Origin: Kondoa subrosea
Lineage: Eukaryota
Direction: 5' to 3'
DNA length: 64,000 nt
Assembly (NCBI GenBank): GCA_039545335.1
Contig: BCIN01000002.1
Coordinates: 819,118-883,117 of the forward strand
Under the pieces are notes generated by a model. It saw nothing but the letters and a program-made list of their open reading frames with translations, did no database searches and had not been told where the DNA came from. A program made the translations under genes and the position numbers. Below are positions 1-16,854 of the stretch, one piece after another. The first letter of the stretch is position 1. The number at the start of each line of letters is the position of its first letter.

Positions 1-1919
<1,919 letters not shown>

Positions 1920-2014
1920 TTGAGAGAAATGCAAAACATTCAATTTTTTGCTGCTGAAAGTCCGAAAACAACGATAAGACACTCTAATTGAGCTATATAC
2001 ATGCCAGGGATGTA

Positions 2015-4174
2015 CTAGAATCCATTTGACTGGCAGCTGAACGCTCCAGCTATTTTTCCGGATGCATAGTCAGCGATGACTATAAGTATCAGACATTAGA
2101 TTTGCGCAAAAGATTGAGCTCCGATGGAAATCAACTTACTTGCATCGATCGAACTGTAGCAACCTCCGACCAAAATGAACAGTCCGCAGCCAATGATGAT
2201 GATGTTGAGTATGGATTCTGCTGTTCTTAATGGACTAGTAAAACGCATGCCTTGCTTATATAGACTAAAGAAGGCGATGCCCCTGTGGCAGTCAAAAAGC
2301 ATAGACATGAGCGAACGAAGTTGCTACTGAAGACGCTCTTTACATACTCGAGCACGAAGCCAAAATACCAATCAAACAAGGAACTCTGTAGGTTCATTGA
2401 TTAGGATAAAATCAATAAGTGAACAACAATTCGATTTACCATAAGAGACAAAAGTTCCTTCGCATCAAGTTAGTTGCAAGTTTTGAGATATTGACAATAC
2501 ATGACATACGTTGAAGAAAGGGATACCTGACTGTGGTAGTAAAGGAAATATAAGCAAAAGAAAGGACGAAAAGGGGCTTTTGACATACTCCAATCAGCCA
2601 AGAAATCACATAGCCTGTCACGACAATTGCAATCCATACTGCCCATCCTTTGACGGTGTGCTCCAATCGATGAACAGAGTCGGCTTTGAAAATGCGCAAG
2701 AAGATCTGCGAAACGATCAGTCCCACAACAAGATGTTCTTATTCTTTCCCTCACGAATCGGGAAGTAACTTGAGAGTACAGTACGCCCACGGCGATGAGT
2801 GTAGGCAGCGTGAAAGCAGCGACGATCTTGACAAAGGTGTTGGACAATGCCCCGTAGCATGGCGAGACCATATATTCATCGCCAATGTAATCTGAGTGCA
2901 GTATAAGCTGAATTCTACGATGAAAGGTTGTCACTTACGATAGCCGATCGCTCCACCAAGCGTGAACAAAATAATCTCAAAGAATGTGCAGAGATATAGC
3001 GCCTTAGGAAAATCCTCTGGCTTCTTCATGCTTCAGACAATGGTCAGCATATGATGCATAGCCAAGAGTCAAAAAAACTCACTCTGCTACATATGTGGGG
3101 ATTAAAATTTGCCCAACATAGGTATAGGTGATGTTGAGTACAGCATTAAAGCCAGTAGTGAAGGAAGTGCTACAGGCAGGTTCAATGAGTAAGAGCACCG
3201 TGAACCTAAAGGCCAACTTACCCAGGTGCAGCCCAAGCTCGAACAGTAAAAGGCATACCGGGCGAATAACCGGCTGGCTTTCCGTCGATGCCCAGGAAGA
3301 TAAGACATAGTAGGAAAGCAATGAACATGGTCCCAGCTGCAACGAAGCCAATTACGGCGACTTGGTTTAGCTCTCGGAAGAGAGACAGAGAAAGCATGAT
3401 CAGAGTCATAATGATGGTCCAGACGACTGTGCAGAGTCCGTGATCCGATAAAGTATTGAAAGCTACCGAGCCGGACAGAGTGTGAAGTCCCATAATGACT
3501 AATACCGTTTTTCAATCAATATTTTTTCAGCGAGCTTCTCTGAAGAAACTTACATAGGTTGTTGAGCAAGAACATGGCAGAGACAACGATATAAGCCGGC
3601 TTGCGATACTTGACCGGAAACAAGCGAGTAGACAGGTCGACTATATCTTGCGAGTCGGGATGCTGCATTGCGTATCGCCAAAGCACGTGTGAAGTATAAA
3701 GGACGACCAGGCCGATCAGGATTGTAGCGATAGCTCCTCCTGCCATACCCAGAGCCGAGTAAGAACTTGGCTGCAGAACCGTCAGCTTCCATCGAGTTGA
3801 AATTGAATTATGCTCACGAAAGACAAAATAGCCTGAATAATAAGAAATTTCAACTTGATGTGCAAGTACTTTGCAAGGCAGACGTACGATGACAATGTAT
3901 TCCTGATTATGTCTTACTTTAGCGCACGAAACAACAACGAATTCAAGCTCACGGTGAACATCAAGCAAGCCGCTCCTCTCCAGCCTAGCTGCTTGACCTT
4001 GATGCTTGAGGTAATCGATGCCTCTTCGGCATTGACCATGCCCTCCTTGTCTGTCATCGATTTTGGGCTCTTTTCGCCTTTCTTCGAAGGTGTTTGCAAT
4101 GGATTATCCATAGCATTGCTCTCTACCATCGTTTCATCTGAGTACCGACTCCCGTTTCTTTGCGCTGCGCCCAT
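2015..4174 (-). CDS. Amino-acid permease, Aa_trans/AAAP family (Mtr-like neutral amino-acid transporter), multi-exon
   Basis: QLGWRGAACLMF...PSSYSALGMAGGAIATILIGLVVLYTSHVLWRY, FNAVLNITYTYVGQILIPTYVAE, MKKPEDFPKAL, many hydrophobic segments; ends AFSCQSNGF*. Confidence 0.9.
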
Positions 4175-5361
4175 TTAGTGGGCAACGCGGTTGGATTAAT
4201 TGAAGTAAGAAAGATGAATGCTTTCTGGAGCATAAATTGCTTGCGAGTGATAATAGATTGCTAGATGGAATTGAAATTCTCCTTGTTGTTAAAGGAAGGG
4301 AGCAAAGAGCGGATCTCAGAATAGGTTTTTCGTCCAGGCAGCCGGGAACAAAAGCGGGCAAATTGGATATCAATTAATGACGCGCATGACCGGTAGATCT
4401 GCATACGCGTTTCATGCGAGTTCTTGCTTGAACAACGGATTCAGAATACGCAAAAGTATGTCGAGTGAAAGAATTAATGGGCACATTAATGAAAAGAGAC
4501 GAAGCAAGCATATTCACAGAAAATCCAAACAACGAAAGTGAAGAACAGGATGAAGATCACTAAAGCGCAAGGATAGATCTGCTGTGAAGTCGGAATCACT
4601 GAAATGGCGTACTTCAGTACAATATGGTCGCGCTTGGAGAAGAAATTGCAAATTTTAGTCTTCAGCCAAAGTACCTAGTGCCAAACTTCTCATGCGAAGT
4701 ATTTCCTAGATGCTCGAGAATGCTCGCTTAAATCTTCCCTTGTGCTTTTCGATCTCCTTATCCGTCTTCTTCTCCTGTCGTTTTCTCTATCTCCAGCCTG
4801 CTTACAGACTTCATAAACCTCCTTATCGTTCTCCTGTACACATCTCTGCGGAAGCTGTATCTTATTGTGGTGTGCCTGCAATGTCTCTTGTAGCTGATGT
4901 TGATGCCCTTGCGCTGTTATTGCCTATTGAAGCTTCATAAGTAAGCTTGCTCATGGCATGCCCTTTCCTCTCACTGTTCGTACGCCAAACAGATGTGAGC
5001 AGACTCCGCAGACTCAAGAGCAGACGAGGATCCCGCTTTGACGCGTCTGACACGGTATGTGGAGCTCAAATTTGCTCTGAAGTTCACATACAGAATGCAC
5101 ATTAGTAAGGTCGCGATGTAGCTCCGTATCTTGTGCTGACCAGCAATGCATTTGAGAACTCCTGTTGCCACTTTTCGCAGCATTGACGAAATAAAGGGTC
5201 GCTCGCACACTACCAGCTCGAGCCCCGGTTAGGACTCGACATATACCACAACAGCTGACTTGTTACCCACAACGACTCGTCACGACTTGCCTTCCAATCT
5301 GCCCAAAGGCCTTTCTTTGTCTAGAAAGATTTCCGCACTTGCCTCCCTCGACCAGTAAAGC

Positions 5362-8373
<3,012 letters not shown>

Positions 8374-9069
8374 ATTGATTGCAACAATGGCATTGACTGA
8401 GTGAATCAGCCAAAAGTATGGCATGCGAAGAGATCGGTGTTGTACAGAATTAGTTTGAGCGAGAAAGTATATGCATATTCACATCGTTGCACATATCTTC
8501 TGCTGTGCCCTTGAGCTCTCGGGTTTGCGGCTTACGGTGGCTAGAACGCCTTTTGAGCACATGTGTACTATCTCCTTTGTTCTCTGTCATCATCAACATT
8601 CCTCTGCCAGTTGCCTAGGGAATCCTCGCATCGGAATAACCATATAGCGTGCTTGCGCTGCTCTGTAAGACCTCGGCTCTTGCCTTGTGTCAACGAGCAA
8701 ATTCTTGATCCCCGTCTCTCAAACGCAAGACCTAAAACAGCAACTTTCAACCCAGCCAAGCTCTCAGTGGAGTACTCAGTGTGTGGCACGTAAGCATAGC
8801 AACGGTCCCTCTCTGCCAAAGCGTGTGCCAATTATGTCCGACTTGTGATTTCAAGAAATCTAGTTTCCAAGCCTTTAACGCATATAACCCGTTCAGCAGC
8901 AACAAGACTCGCTTGATCGCGTTGCTCTATTATTCCGATCTCTAATCGGATCTCCTTCTAGCAACTCTAGATTATTCTCGCAACAAGCTCAGTCAGCAGA
9001 CTTTGTCTACAAGCCTAGGCCTTTGCTCGACCTACATATCTCAATCTCTTTTTTTACACAAGCAACAAG

Positions 9070-11982
9070 ATGGTTCCTGATCCAGTTCAGTCGCCGACTC
9101 TAGATTTAGGCGAAGATGATGGACTTGCTTCAGCTGCGAGTACAATTGATTTGAATGAAGCTCCTCGAAACGAAACGGCTGAAGAAACTGAAGCTCGGCA
9201 TAATTTAAGAGCTCAGAGGATCAGCTCAGGTATTCGATTAACGGAACGAGAGCAGTTTCAGATGTACAAAGCAGAAACCGGTAAATCATTATTCGCCGCC
9301 TGGAAAATGACGGTCGGAGCTGACTGATCTTAATATTTGCAGGACATGGTGCCAATGTCATCAACCTACGTCCTCATAGGTCAGTTGAAGCATTATTAGC
9401 CGATAGTGACTGCGCGGCGAGATTGATTTATCTTCTCCTTGAAATAGACATCCCGATCAAGATGCACCTCTCAAGATCTGCAAACCTTCTGATATCTCTT
9501 CCCCTATTGAAGGTCATCCAATCACATCACCTTCCGCTGCAAACGGCAACAATATCAATGAAGCTAGTCCTGATGCCATCGCATATGGCCACGCAGGCGG
9601 GTTTCATCCGGTCACTTTAGCTGACAAGCTAGCTGCTCATGAAGCTTCCGCTCGCTCTGACTCACCTTCTTCCAATGTCAGCAACCGCGCTACTCCTGGA
9701 AATCTGACTCCTCACGGCGATTACACTCGAAACGCTTCGCCCGGTTTCCCCTTTGGTGCGGAAACTTCAAGGGATGCCAGTCCTGGTGCAGGTCATCACT
9801 TGGCTCCAACCGATAGTAATGGCAGCAGCGCTTTCTCTAGTCGAGCCCCTACTTTGTCAACTATGGGCGATGTTTCTCCTTCTCTCGATCGCACTCAAGG
9901 CAATTACTTCGAAAGTGGTCAAGAACGTAGTCCTGTCAAAGGTTCTTTGGCTGACAGCACTACTTCTGATGCTACCGTCCGACAACCTGTTGTTGCTTCA
10001 CCTATTTCTAGTCCCTCGCGAGTCAATGACAATAATGCTCAACAACTATCTTCTGTATCTCCAAACAAACCTTCTCAAGCTCCTCCTGCTCCTACAGCAG
10101 CAAGAACTCCAAGTCAAACTCGTCCTCCTATGGCGGAAAAGAAATCAGTCTTGGGTAAATTGTTTCCTGGTAAAGAAGAAAAGAAAGAAAGGGAACGAGA
10201 AAGAGAACAGAAGAAGCAAGCTCAATTGCAAGAACAAAGAGAACAGAGAGCTGCTGCAAATGGTGGAAATATAACTTCTGAAGATAGTGGTGCTGAAAGT
10301 GAAACTACTTCTGAAAAAGGTAGTAGCAGATCATCTGGCTTTGGAAGGTTGGGTAGAAGAATGTCTGGTTCTAAGAAGGATAAAGAAGCTGCTGGAACTC
10401 CTGATACTTCGCTCAGTCGACCTACTTCTAGAACGGAAGATACGGGTAAATTGGAGAGGAAAGCCAGCCAGAGCAAAGAAGGTGGCACCTCCCTGAGGGA
10501 TATGGTCTCCAATAGTATGACTCGCAAACTAAGCACTACCTCGTATGTGATGCTCGTAACGGATACCAGTCTTGTACTGATGTTGAAATTGCACCTCATA
10601 CAGGCGCAAATCCGATGATGGCAAGTCTGACACTGAATCACATCATGGCAAGAGCGACAAAGGTGGAAATCAGTAAGCTATGGTCCTATACTGACATGAC
10701 TTTCACTTATGTGCTCAAGCAGAACCAACTCTTTGCTCAAGAAGTATGGTGCCTGTGAGAAGACTGCCATTGGTAAAGGTGCTACAGCTGTCGTTCGTCT
10801 TGCGCACAAGTGGGATAAGTCGACCGAGAAGCTCTATGCTGTCAAGGTTTGTCTTTTTCTTAGATGCGCATGATCGATGCTCATCTAATCACGGCTTGCA
10901 GGAGTTCCGCAAACGTCGCAAGAATGAAACAGAGAAAGAATACGTCAAGAAATTGACCTCTGAATTCTGTATTTCGTCAACTTTGCATCATCCAAATATC
11001 GTTGAGACTGTTGATCTGGTACAAGATGAGAACCATCATTGGTGCGAAGTCATGGAGTACTGCCCGTACGTGGGCAAAGAGCTTCGCACTGTTCTGTGCT
11101 CACTCTTCCTGATCCATCGCACAGCGGAGGAGATCTCTACGGCGCTATCAAGAAAGGTGGCATGACAGAAACCCAAATCCGATCCTACTTTTACCAAATG
11201 ATTGCTGGTGTCGCTTACCTGCACTCAATGGGCGTCGCACATCGGGATATCAAGCCCGAAAACCTGCTCTTGGATGTCGACAATGTGCTCAAGATAACCG
11301 ACTTTGGGGTTTCCGACGTGTTCAGGATGTGTTGGGAAAAGACAACGCATTTGAGTAAAGGTCTGTGTGGTAGTGAACCCTACATCGCTCCGGAACAATT
11401 TGAGCCGAAAGGTGAGCATGCATGCGACCATTTCAAGCGGTGGCTGATGTTTCTTGCAGCGGAATATGATGCCCGATTGGTTGATGTCTGGGCCTGCGCT
11501 GTAGTGTTCTACTGCATGCAGGTGAGTAACGGCGATCTCATAGTCTCTCGGACATTTTGATTTGACTGTGAACTCACAGCACGAAGAATTACCTTGGAGA
11601 GTAGCCAAAGACTCTGATCCCTCCTATGCTCTCTTCCGAGACGCTTACCCTAACTCATCTTCACCCCCTGTATGCTATTCTTTTATTTTGCTCTATGAGG
11701 ATTTTATGCTGATTTGTCCGATTTCAGCCTCTTGGTGATCTGCACCCAAAAGAATGCCGAGCGATTGTCAAACAAATGCTCAACCCGAATCCCAAGCTGA
11801 GAGCGACTACGGATCTGATCTTGAAAGATCCTTGGATGATCAAGATCAGTCAATTAGCACCGGCAAGCTGTAATGTTGCACCAGCAAAGATGCCTGGTAA
11901 TCCACAAGTCAAGACTCCTGCCGCTTCTATCGCTCCTGTTGCTGCTGTCCCTGCTGGCGAAGCTGGTGCAACGAATGCTTGA
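9070..11982 (+). CDS. NPR/HAL-family Ser/Thr kinase (Hrk1/Ptk-like) with long Ser/Pro-rich N-terminus
   Basis: [80 protein letters not shown]. Confidence 0.93.
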
Positions 11983-12226
11983 TTTGCGTATTAAGGAAGT
12001 AATGATGTGTTGAAGAAGGGTCGATGGACATCTTTCACTATATTCATTTTTTAGTTTGAGGGTCTCGGTTTGGTTCCTTAGAGCTGTGTTATGTGCAATC
12101 GCGAGCCATGCCATGTGTGTAATACAAAAGAATTAAACAGAAGTTATTGTTACAAAACTGAAAGTTACTGCCTCGAAATTGTCCCAAAGAGTCCGAGAAG
12201 ATGGCGTGTATCGATTCCAGATGGAA

Positions 12227-13062
12227 TTATGCTGTATTGGCTGACATCTTGCTTATCCTGCGACTTGACTTTGGACGAGCCTTGCGAGAATTGCCTTCAG
12301 ACATTGTTTCGGCAGGTTCTGCAATTCCAATTGAGCAAGGTCTACGATAATAATAAGATTGAAAGACTCACGATATGAATACTTGACGCGAGAGCCAGCT
12401 GATTTATCCGAAAAGAGCACTGAAGGAGCTGTTCCATCACTTCCTGAATCTTGATACCGAGGATCAAAAAGAAGTTCTTCCTTCTTGCGTCTTGTACTTC
12501 TTGAAGATGAGGACGAGGAAGACTTAGGCTTGCCTTCCAGTCTGTTGCTACCAAACAACAGATCACCATCTGCATCAGCTCCTTGAATCCCTTCCCCGTC
12601 ATCATCTTCGGCTTCGGTGGTAGCTAACGATTCCTCTTCCCATAAAGTCACATCTACAGGAGCAGACTCTTCATCCCTGTAGCTTGCTGCCCTTTTCGCT
12701 CTTCTTCTAGCTTTCCGTTCAGCTTTCCTTCGCGCTGCTTCCTCTTCAGCGTCTATCCGTAAGTCCTCATCTCCTCTATCTTCCCATCGCGATAGATCAA
12801 TGATCCTCGCATCCTCTTCACTAGCATTATCATCCGGCGGCAAAGCTAGTCTAGGTGAAATGCAACCAAAGAAAGTTTTGATCCAAGAAAGTTGAGGAAG
12901 AGGTTTCACTGTCTGTTGTTGCTGAGAATGATGATAGTTTGAATGCAAACTGAGAGCATCATCTTCTGCTATTCGATAGAGATCGGTCTGTGAGTCCAAT
13001 GAAATCCGAGATGTAGAACAGCAAAGAAGTGAGCGAATTCGGTCTGTATTCGAGAATTCCAT
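12227..13062 (-). CDS. Hypothetical low-complexity protein (acidic and Arg/Ser-rich)
   Basis: 269-aa ORF with N-terminal LLCC; a probable intron (gtgagt near 12370 to ...gcag) leads to a last exon ending at TAA 12227-12229. No recognisable domain. Confidence 0.65.
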
Positions 13063-13372
13063 AGAGCTGGCTCGAATGAATTGGTCTATACAGCGGCTGT
13101 TAGAGAAAGATGCCTTGAAAGTCCTCGTCCGAAATCAACAAAACATCGAATTCACGTTGAAAATTCATGAAACGCGTCGAAAGAAGAAACAGGCTCAAAG
13201 ACCGAACGAGATTCATCTGATTGCATGTAGGTCTGCCACAGTAAATCTGAAATCATATTGACAGGAGCGCGCTACCGGCGCAAGTAAAAACAGGAATTAT
13301 CCGTACAAAGTGATAAGCCTGCTCGGGCCCACAATCATCACTCTGACTTCACGAACTTTCACCGGGCTTCAT

Positions 13373-14902
13373 CTTACGTCGCATCCGTATCATAGTCTCG
13401 GATTTCTTGCTCGAAATCTAAAGTCTTCCTCGTTTCCTCATCATTGCCATGATAGATGATCCACCTTGAAGCAAGCTTTATGTTGCGGATGCTTGAGTTC
13501 CTGTTCCGTTGCAGCTTCTGGCTCAGAACGTCGGCGTGCGCCGCCAGTCCTTGAAAGCGCTTTTCGGGCTAACTTAGCCGCTATTTGTTTTCGAGGTGCT
13601 TTGCCTCCGAAGCTTTTTCTCGCTGTGCGTACACGTGCTGCACGTGGTGGTGAAACATATCCAACTAGTCTTCCGTCCACCCATGAGCAAGTTCTCGGCA
13701 CATCGTCCATGCGAGCATAGCACTGGAAAACAGCCAAGTTTCGTAACACTGGTTGCAAGTGAATGAGATATGTATCAGAAATGATCAGAAAGCGGCGAAG
13801 CTAGAGAGATTGTAGGCTGTTGCATTGTTCTACCGCACTTTGTAATTCATCAGTCAAAGCGGATAAAGTAGTCCAGTCTCCTCTTCTGTGACCAGATCCA
13901 CCATCCAAATGCAAGAGCTTCAAGGACGGAGCTAGAGCGCAGATAATTTGGCACTTCAGTGTTTCTACACCTTCTTCATCGAAGTCGATAATCATGAGCT
14001 CGCTGAGTCTAGGACAACTTTGGAAAGCAGTTTGCAGCTCCTTGTATGTTGGTTGATCATCAGACGCAAAGATGGAAGATAGCTCCAAACGGCGTAGTCT
14101 CGGACCGAGAAATCGAGTTAGATCGATTGAAGAAACAGATAGTTGCCAATCCAGAGTCTTCTGAGCTCTTCAACAGGCTGACTGATGGCTGGCAGAAAAC
14201 TACCATATTCTCCTGCTAATCCGAGATATTGCAGCGGTTTCCGCTTGTTTATTGCGTCGATATGGGCCGACATGTCTTCACTCGAGACTTCGGTGAGTGC
14301 TCTTGCTTGTAGACCGACCAGGTTAGGACAGAGCTGAAATCTAAAAACGCCTTTTCGGATCGAAAGCTTCTCAGCAGCAATACATATTGACCTACAGCTG
14401 AGCGATTCGCTCGCTTGTGAAAGCGGATCTATTTGCTGCGATGCGGGTAGTCAGGGAATCCATCTTCCAAGCATCAATAAGCATCGATCCAGTCTCTAGA
14501 ATGCTAGTAAATACTCACATCAATACATTTAACGTAATCACCCAATTCACGGTAACGCTGCTTCTCACTAACCACCTTATGATCTCCCACCAAAGATGCA
14601 CTGGCCAAGGTATCTAGAAACTGTTCGAGGTTCTTTTCGGTTAATCTGACTGTTCTGTACAGGGCTCTTCTGCCAATATCGAGCCACGCCTTGCAGACCA
14701 GAGGAAAAGGTAAACAGTCAGAAGAAGCCATCGGTCCTGCATGGCCTTCGTCCTTGTCCAGCGCATCGAAAGGTTTAAGACATTTGCGGCTTCGATAATT
14801 GTAGCCATCTTCAGCTACTGAGTCGAGTATTGATACCCAGATATCAGTCGGTACACGAGAGGAGAGCGCTTCGGGCAGAGACTCAGAAGCTGGACTTGAC
14901 AT
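13373..14902 (-). pseudogene. Disrupted F-box/LRR(RNI)-like gene with an embedded histone H3-tail-like segment
   Basis: F-box-like RVPTDIWVSIL...LVCKAW...ALYRTVRL and two introns matching those of the paralog at 25398-26774. Lesions relative to the paralog: frameshift near 14146, in-frame TAG at 13801-13803, frameshift near 13478. The TARKSFGGKAPRKQIAAKLARK motif lies at 13561-13626. Confidence 0.8.
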
Positions 14903-15034
14903 GACTGTCTGGGGAGAAGGGTCGGCCTGAAAATACGCATAAAGTCAGGCATGATTAATCTGCCAATGGCGAGGGAGGGAGCTGGTGTGAAGATGAATGA
15001 ATCGTGCTGTTGAATGCAAAATATACAAAGCCTT

Positions 15035-16709
15035 TTATGCAAGCAAACCCTTGACCCGATCTCTTTCACTCCATGGCTGCTTCTCCCATTCTTTTGCCAG
15101 TTTCCCACTCTTCCCACTCGATTGCAACAACACTTCATCATCCCCTAAGAACGAGCTTCCTTCTTCCGGTAGAACCCAATCTAGACCAGCCAGACTATCA
15201 CTCGGTACTTCTTTCCCTGAACCATTCTTTGCAAGGTAGATTCGCCTTAATGCATCTTCTGCTGCTCGAAATTCTGCCATTTTAATTGATGAACCTAGAC
15301 CTTCGCCTAGTTTGTAATTCGGTCGCGATGAGGTAGATGAGGTGAAGATGCCAACAACGAAGAGAGGTGACATGGAACCTCGACCTGATTCTTTCAGTAG
15401 TCTGCCACATGGCCCATGAGGGAAGATTAGACGGAAATGCGAGAAAAACTTACCTAGCCTGCGCTTGACCTAAGGAATATTTTTGCATAGTTGCACTGAG
15501 AATAGCTTTGGGGTTTTCGAATTTGAGTATTGAAGCTATGTCTGCTTGACGAGAGAAGAAATGTGCTCGAACGAAATTACGAGCTGCTTCAAATCCCTGT
15601 TCGCACCCTTAACGTGTTAGCTGATGTATACAGCCAATCATCAAGAACACGAACAGCTTGTGAGTATATCGCACCGACGAAGGCTCTTGCTGTGCATGCC
15701 ATCGCGTCTTCGAAGGTTTTCCCTTCGCTTTTGTATTCTGATAGACCAGCATCTGGTAACCTTGGTGAAGTATTCTCCTGTAGGCAATCGTGCTCAGAAT
15801 GAGAGTACACTCAATCTGCATCCGAACTCCTCACCTTGCGAGACCATCTCAGTACACCTACACCAGCTCTTCTCCCTTCGTTAACACCTCTATTCGATTT
15901 TCCCTGATTCGAAGCTATTGTTGTCTTCATCCAATGTTTAGGGTCTTCTGCTTCTGGAAAGACTTGATGACTTGCTTGACCAGGTTGTATACCCCATCGT
16001 CTTGCTACATCTGCGAGAGTATTTGGTCCAACATACATTGTGACTGCTGCTTTGGTCACGCTGTGCGTATAGGGTTGGAGATGAGCTCCTGTATTATAGC
16101 CTGAAACAATACCATCACGCACTTGAGAGGTAGATGAGGCCATCGATGAGATATGAACTCTGCAGCTAACATGCCCAGCAATTCATTTCCCACAGAAGCG
16201 AGCGTTTGATTATCGCTCATATTCTGATCTTGATAATGAGTGTATGCAGCATCTTGTGGTCTGGGTTTTGTGTCATCCAGCTCATCCTTGTTCTCAAGCA
16301 CTTCCTCCCAAAACGAAGGGCAAGTACAGCATTGCTCTACTAAAGCCAAGTTCTCTTTCATTGATTCAGGCAGGTTCATTCGATTTGCTAGTGCAGCATA
16401 AGAAGCCAAGGCTGGTCTTGTGCCCAATGAGTAGAAGATTGCAAGCGTCTCTTGAGTGTAACGGAAGCCTTTCTTTGGCTTAACGAGCGGTCGATCATGT
16501 ATTATAGAAGCTCCCTTTGACTTTGTAGGTGTTGATATAGGTTCTGGTCGAGGTTTAGCTTCCACAAGACTTTCTTCAGGCGAAGTTGCGAAATTCCGTC
16601 GAAGATTGGCTTTTTTGCGATGCTGCGTTGCAGAAGGTCGACCATGCTTAGCTCGAGTGATTGTACTGAGTAGCTCCTCAAAGTAACCCCGGCATAGCTG
16701 AGAATTCAT
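15035..16709 (-). CDS. MRPL3: Mitochondrial large-subunit ribosomal protein mL44 (RNase III-like plus dsRBD)
   Basis: NQTLASVGNELLGMLAAEFISHRWPHLP, AMACTARAFVGAIY, PLFVVGIF...KLGEGLGSSIKMAEFRAAEDALRRIYL; Arg-rich N-terminus. Confidence 0.88.
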
Positions 16710-16854
16710 GGATTGCAAACAAGAGCAACTTTTTTCTTTGGACCATCAACGTCGCGGATACACAAACAGCTCCTGATCGCGTGTTTGTATGGTCGTTGTT
16801 CAGGACTCTAGTGTAGCTATATGACAATTTAATGCAATTTATACAATTGGGTAG

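Noticed and set aside
9753..10641. Long alternative-frame and antisense ORFs over the kinase, and similarly over TOM1, CNA1 and the chromo gene
   Set aside because: These are expected shadows of biased low-complexity coding sequence and carry no motifs of their own.
13531..13638. A true histone H3 or CENP-A gene
   Set aside because: No initiator Met directly before the tail and no histone-fold sequence after it. It is in frame within the LRR-like protein.
13801..13803. Programmed readthrough or A-to-I editing of the in-frame TAG
   Set aside because: The paralog has Tyr rather than Trp here, and separate frameshifts break the gene anyway.
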